Below are positions 60,090-64,000 of a DNA stretch of 64,000 nt, one piece after another. The notes beneath the pieces are model-generated. The model ran no database searches, was not told where the DNA came from, and saw nothing but the letters and a program-made list of their open reading frames with translations. Source of the stretch: Eubacterium sp. (lineage in GTDB: Bacteria; Bacillota; Clostridia; Peptostreptococcales; Anaerovoracaceae); assembly GCA_017533915.1 (NCBI GenBank), contig JAFWHX010000002.1, forward strand, positions 55,064 through 119,063, written 5' to 3'. Within the stretch, counting starts at the first letter, position 1. Each line of letters begins with the position of its first letter. A program made the translations under genes and the position numbers.

Positions 60090-60884
60090 TTAATACGCTG
60101 TGCTGATCGCGGCCGCAAGCACTCCTGCGAACTCGCCCCAGATTATCGAATATCCCGCAATATCTCCGCTCATCCCGCCGAGCTGTTTCCTCGCGTGCGC
60201 TCCGGCGATGAAGGTCACAATGCTCGTCGCCAGATTGACGCAGAAGACTTTGATCATCTGATCGAAGGCCAGTCCTACGACGAAGGAGAATACGACATAA
60301 AGGATAACCATGTAGAGAAGCTGCTGGATTATGACAAGAGCTCTGTACTTGCCGCGGTCTTTATCCTCATAGTCTTCCACATACTGGCTGTGCCCGATCG
60401 GCTTGTACGTGAGCACCTGGTATCCTGCGCCCGCCCGGCTTATGACCGGTACAAGCACGATGCCGTACACCATGAGAGGCGACGATGAGAGCATCGTATA
60501 GAAGCACGCGAGCCAGCCGATCAGCAGGAATGCCACCATCACGACCGCAAACGAGCCGACCGTCGGATCCTTCATTATCCTCTGCCGTTCTTCAAGGTCG
60601 CGTCTAGACATGATCGCGTCGGTGCAGTCCATAAAACCGTCCAGATGCATGAATCCATGGATGTAGAACATGTAGAATTCAGCGATCAAAGCCGCCACCA
60701 TGTCCGGTATTCTGACTTTCTCGCATACCACCATGAGAGCGAAGAACAAAAGCCCGACGACGAGCCCTACTGAAGGCAGCATTGCCAGCATCAGATTCTT
60801 CAGCTTGCCGTCCCATTTCTGAGACGGGCACGGCAGCGTTATGAAATTGCCCCATGCCATGAAAAACGCTGTGATGAAATTCAT
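60090..60884 (-). CDS. cobS: Adenosylcobinamide-GDP ribazoletransferase (cobalamin synthase)
   Basis: 264 aa polytopic protein with CobS-like FFMAWGNFITLP and DGFMDCTDA motifs. Confidence 0.9.
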   Translation of the reverse strand: MNFITAFFMAWGNFITLPCPSQKWDGKLKNLMLAMLPSVGLVVGLLFFALMVVCEKVRIPDMVAALIAEFYMFYIHGFMHLDGFMDCTDAIMSRRDLEERQRIMKDPTVGSFAVVMVAFLLIGWLACFYTMLSSSPLMVYGIVLVPVISRAGAGYQVLTYKPIGHSQYVEDYEDKDRGKYRALVIIQQLLYMVILYVVFSFVVGLAFDQMIKVFCVNLATSIVTFIAGAHARKQLGGMSGDIAGYSIIWGEFAGVLAAAISTAY

Positions 60885-60910
60885 CCCTTATCCTCTTCCT
60901 GTATTCTCTG

Positions 60911-61474
60911 TCAATTACCTTTGATCACCGTAAACGTGCCGAACGACGTGTCGATCACCTTGCCGCACACCTTCGCAAGCGCTCTGTCACACATAGCGAG
61001 CGACCGCCTGTAATTCTCCGTCCAGTCGTCGAACAGTCTTGCGTCTGAGTATATGTAATCTGAGACGAACACCGTATTCCCGGTCGCTTCGGCAAAATCG
61101 GCGACATCTTTCTTTACGCGGGCTCCGGCATCTTCATCATATTCACCGTGGGGACCGAACATCTCGTTTGAGAGTAGCGCCGTCACGCTGTCAAGAAGGA
61201 ACGCGCCTTTCGGATCTACCGGGTCTCCGTTTTCGTCGCGGAAACCATCGTCGAACATGCCCATAAGGTATGTCGGCTTTTCGACCGTGATGAATCCCCA
61301 GCCCGCGCGGGCTTCCAGATGCTTTTTGATCCGCAGCCTGTCCTCGTCGTCAGCCGGTATCATCGTTGCTATGTAATAGAGCGGCACATGCTGCTCTTCA
61401 GCCATCTCCTTCGCAAGTTCCTGCGCATGGAGCGACTTTCCGTTTTTGCATCCGCCGCTTATGAAAATATTCAT
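60911..61474 (-). CDS. cobU: Adenosylcobinamide kinase / adenosylcobinamide-phosphate guanylyltransferase
   Basis: 187 aa. P-loop ISGGCKNGKS and a CobU core with a conserved His (RIKKHLEAR). Confidence 0.85.
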   Translation of the reverse strand: MNIFISGGCKNGKSLHAQELAKEMAEEQHVPLYYIATMIPADDEDRLRIKKHLEARAGWGFITVEKPTYLMGMFDDGFRDENGDPVDPKGAFLLDSVTALLSNEMFGPHGEYDEDAGARVKKDVADFAEATGNTVFVSDYIYSDARLFDDWTENYRRSLAMCDRALAKVCGKVIDTSFGTFTVIKGN

Positions 61475-61497
61475 ATAGTATTCTCCCTGGCCTGATA

Positions 61498-62655
61498 TCA
61501 GTCTAGATAATGTCCGCGCTTGATCTCTTCCAGATACTCCGCGTCGATCGCGCCTTCTGCGAGGGTCTTCATGAGACTCATCGATGCTTCAGCCGCTTCT
61601 ATGATCTTGAATGCGATCGGGCATCCGCTGCCTTCGCCGAGCCTCATTCCGAGGTCGAACATAGGCTCAAGGCCAAGTCTTTCGATCGCGGCGATATAGC
61701 CTATCTCTTTTGATTTATGAGATGCGAACATGTAGTCTGTCACAGCCGGGTTGAACTCCCTGGCCATGCACGCTGCCGCAATGGAGATGAACCCGTCGAT
61801 CACAGCAGGGATATGGTTCTTTGCTGCTCCGAGGAAGCATCCTGCCATGGCGCAGATATCAAATCCTCCGACCAGCGCAAGCTTGTCGATCGGATCGAGG
61901 TCCGTCGCCGCGGCGCCCCGTTCTCCTACGATCTTTACTTTAGCTGCGAGGCCTTCATCATTAAGGCCGCCGCCTCTTCCTACGAGATCCTCAGCAGGAA
62001 GGCCTGTAAGAGCCTTCAGAAGGCATGAGCTGGTCGTCGTGTTCCCGATTCCCATCTCGCCGATGCCGCAGAGTGTAACTCCCGCTTCCTTCATGGCGTC
62101 AGCCGCTTCAAATCCGGTAAGGATCGCCTTCATCGCCTGTTCTCTCGTCATCGCGGGACCGGCCGAAAGATCTTCCGTCCCTTTTCCGAGGCTTCTGTTA
62201 ACTATCTGCACAGGGATCTTTCCGTCTATTACCATCTTATCTGTATAGAGCGCCTCAGGTATCTCCCCGGCTACTCCCATATCTGTGACGAGCACGTCTA
62301 TCCCGAAGTATCTTGCCTGCGAGCTCATTCCGGTGATCCTTCTTGTGAAGTTGATCGTCTGGGACTGAGTTACCGACTGCGGAGCAGAAGCAACGCCCGA
62401 CTTCACCACGCCGTTATCCGCGCTGAAAATTGCTATGCACTGCTTTGTAACATCTATATCCTTGACCTTGCCTGTAATCCCTGCCAGCTTTACAGAGATG
62501 TCCTCGAGCTTACCGAGACTGCCCGGCACCTTCGCAAGCGTGACCTGGCGATCCCGTGCCGCATCCATCGCCTGTGTGTCCGAGGGATCTATCGACGCCG
62601 CCAGCTCGGCGATCTTTTCTTCCATCTCTGCTGCAGATAAATCATTCATTTCCAT
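61498..62655 (-). CDS. cobT: Nicotinate-nucleotide--dimethylbenzimidazole phosphoribosyltransferase
   Basis: 385 aa. Motifs LGKLEDISVKLAGI, GEMGIGNTT and LGEGSGC. Confidence 0.95.
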   Translation of the reverse strand: MEMNDLSAAEMEEKIAELAASIDPSDTQAMDAARDRQVTLAKVPGSLGKLEDISVKLAGITGKVKDIDVTKQCIAIFSADNGVVKSGVASAPQSVTQSQTINFTRRITGMSSQARYFGIDVLVTDMGVAGEIPEALYTDKMVIDGKIPVQIVNRSLGKGTEDLSAGPAMTREQAMKAILTGFEAADAMKEAGVTLCGIGEMGIGNTTTSSCLLKALTGLPAEDLVGRGGGLNDEGLAAKVKIVGERGAAATDLDPIDKLALVGGFDICAMAGCFLGAAKNHIPAVIDGFISIAAACMAREFNPAVTDYMFASHKSKEIGYIAAIERLGLEPMFDLGMRLGEGSGCPIAFKIIEAAEASMSLMKTLAEGAIDAEYLEEIKRGHYLD

Positions 62656-62720
62656 TTCCTCCGTAAAAACTTACGATAATCCATGACTTGATTATATCAT
62701 CTCTTCTGTATAAATTAAAC

Positions 62721-62744
62721 AAGCGCCGTCATATGGCGGCGCTT
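62721..62744 (-). terminator. Terminator hairpin after the ABC ATPase gene
   Basis: Minus strand AAGCGCCGCC-ATAT-GACGGCGCTT followed by GTTTAATTT. Confidence 0.55.
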
Positions 62745-62759
62745 TGGATATACTGTTTT

Positions 62760-64000
62760 TTATATCGTCTCCAGCTTGCCGAGCTTATCTGCCAGCTTGA
62801 CGAGATCGTTTATACGGTCATTACATGTTCCGGTCTCGAACGGAACGAATATGACTTTGCTGCACGATTGTACCAGCTGTTCTGCCCGTGTATAAGCTGC
62901 GTCGCTGATATCAGAGAACGGCTTTTCGGTCACGACTTCACAGGCTAGCAGACGAGCGAGCCTGTAATCCATGTCATTCAAGTACAGGATGCCGGCTGCG
63001 AAAGTCAGGTTCTTTCTCTGGAGCTTTCTGTATACCGGGATACCGCCTCCGCCGGATGATATCACGAATGCGTACGGTGCACTCCCGCGGTCGGTGTCAT
63101 GCGCACGATCAAAGCCTTCATCGCTGCCAGCCTGTGCCTCTTCAGCCTTTGCTGCAGGCCTTTCTACCGCTACGCTGTCCGACAGGTGGCGCTTCCATCC
63201 CTCCCCGGTAGGAGCCGGAAGCTCGATGCTTCCATAGAGCGGATCAAAGAATCCGTTGTCGATATCGTAGAGGGTCCTGATCATATCCTCGTCGAATATC
63301 TCGTCCGGCGCGCCGTATTTATATATGTGGTCTCCTTTTACGCAGATGACTTTGTCCGCGATCTTCATGGCGAGGTCTATCTCATGAAGCGAGGATATGA
63401 CAGTGATGTCTTTCTTCTTCGCCATGTTCCGGAGTATCGAAAGCAGCTCCAGCTTATATTTGATATCCAGGAAAGACGTAGGCTCGTCGAGCACGATCAG
63501 CTCAGGATCCTGGCATATCGCTCTCGCAAGCAGGATCCTCTGGCGCTGGCCGTCTGATATCGCGTTAAAGTCGCGGGGCCCCAGCTCTGTCGCATGCACT
63601 GCCGCGATAGCTTCATCTACTTTCTGTTCATCTTCAGGCATCAGGATGCCGAGCTTGCCTGTGTACGGATAGCGGCCGCTTGCCACTACGTCGTAGCACG
63701 TGAGAAGATCAGTTTTGAGCCTTTCAGTCAGGACGACCGCCATCTTCTGCGACAGCTCTTTGTTCGGGATCTTATGCATGCTCCGGCCTTCAAAGCCGAC
63801 GTCTCCTTTGATGATCGCGAGCTGTTTGGTCAAGGTCTTGAGGATGGTCGATTTACCGGCTCCGTTTGGCCCGATAAGCGTTACGATCTCACCCTTCTTT
63901 ATGTCGATACAGATATCGTGGATGATGGCTTTGCCGTTGTATCCGACTGAAAGATCATCGAATTTTACGTAAGCCTGGCCTGATCCTTCCTGGAGGCTGC
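62760..64000 (-). CDS. FepC/BtuD-type ABC transporter ATP-binding protein with an extra ~150-aa C-terminal domain (N-terminus beyond the window end)
   Basis: The reading frame is open to position 64000 (..VKFDDLSVGYNGKAIIHDICIDIKKGEIVTLIGPNGAGKSTILKTL). It has the signature ISDGQRQR and Walker B LIVLDEPTSFLD. The track ORF start at 63833 is an internal TTG. Confidence 0.85.
   Translation of the reverse strand, partial: SLQEGSGQAYVKFDDLSVGYNGKAIIHDICIDIKKGEIVTLIGPNGAGKSTILKTLTKQLAIIKGDVGFEGRSMHKIPNKELSQKMAVVLTERLKTDLLTCYDVVASGRYPYTGKLGILMPEDEQKVDEAIAAVHATELGPRDFNAISDGQRQRILLARAICQDPELIVLDEPTSFLDIKYKLELLSILRNMAKKKDITVISSLHEIDLAMKIADKVICVKGDHIYKYGAPDEIFDEDMIRTLYDIDNGFFDPLYGSIELPAPTGEGWKRHLSDSVAVERPAAKAEEAQAGSDEGFDRAHDTDRGSAPYAFVISSGGGGIPVYRKLQRKNLTFAAGILYLNDMDYRLARLLACEVVTEKPFSDISDAAYTRAEQLVQSCSKVIFVPFETGTCNDRINDLVKLADKLGKLETI

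Noticed and set aside
62656-62759. Cobalamin riboswitch upstream of cobT
   Set aside because: Only ~65 nt separate the upstream terminator hairpin from the cobT start. That space is taken by an extended -10 promoter (TGATATAAT) and the RBS, so there is no room for a B12 element and no B12-box-like sequence.

Overview
This 64-kb segment looks like core chromosome of a Gram-positive anaerobe. A Clostridia or Lachnospiraceae-like origin is inferred only from gene content: glgD, addB, a T-box, PyrK-type DHODH and a 4-subunit OFOR. Genes are densely packed and mostly on the minus strand.

Gene map:
- 1-8615: glycogen operon glgB-azlC-azlD-glgP-glgC-glgD-glgA. glgA runs off the window start.
- 8775-11942: Zn-type ABC importer znuA-C-B plus a trailing lipoprotein.
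- 12052-12354: small Cys-motif membrane protein.
- 12457-17441: operon of a small acidic ORF, a fused MacB-type ABC transporter with a very large extracytoplasmic domain, and a YabE-like 3D/G5 cell-wall protein. It is divergent from a TetR plus methyltransferase pair (17663-18996) whose promoter carries two palindromic operators.
- 19023-29833: gpsA, htrA, a Cache-HAMP-GGDEF cyclase, an alpha/beta hydrolase, a GntR regulator, ispE, an Ig-like membrane protein, tadA, cvpA and mscL.
- 30089-36603: plus-strand pyrimidine operon pyrC-K-D-F-E-B-I.
- 36711-37998: tRNA-Thr(CGU) and a NUP-like lipoprotein.
- 38072-41405: four-subunit 2-oxoacid:ferredoxin oxidoreductase operon behind a T-box leader.
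- 41446-57489: addB, a membrane-anchored C11 peptidase, prfB (with its +1 frameshift), secA, a CNNM/CorC transporter, a hybrid histidine kinase and birA.
- 57484-62655: cobalamin nucleotide-loop cluster cobT-cobU-cobS, a cobU-like paralog and a phosphatase fusion.
- 62760 to the window end: a partial BtuD/FepC-like ATPase.

I saw no prophage, IS element, CRISPR array or recognisable defence island.

Most interesting observations:
1. An isoleucine-type T-box sits in front of the OFOR operon.
2. Two copies of an unclassified structured element bracket the C11 peptidase gene. They share a conserved core but have non-homologous closing helices, and the pairing works only on the sense strand.
3. 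The ABC / 3D-domain operon resembles FtsEX-hydrolase pairs.
4. The pyr leader has no visible PyrR site but carries a 39-codon uORF that ends on the pyrC start codon.
5. Three tandem ~31-bp repeats lie between pyrF and pyrE.
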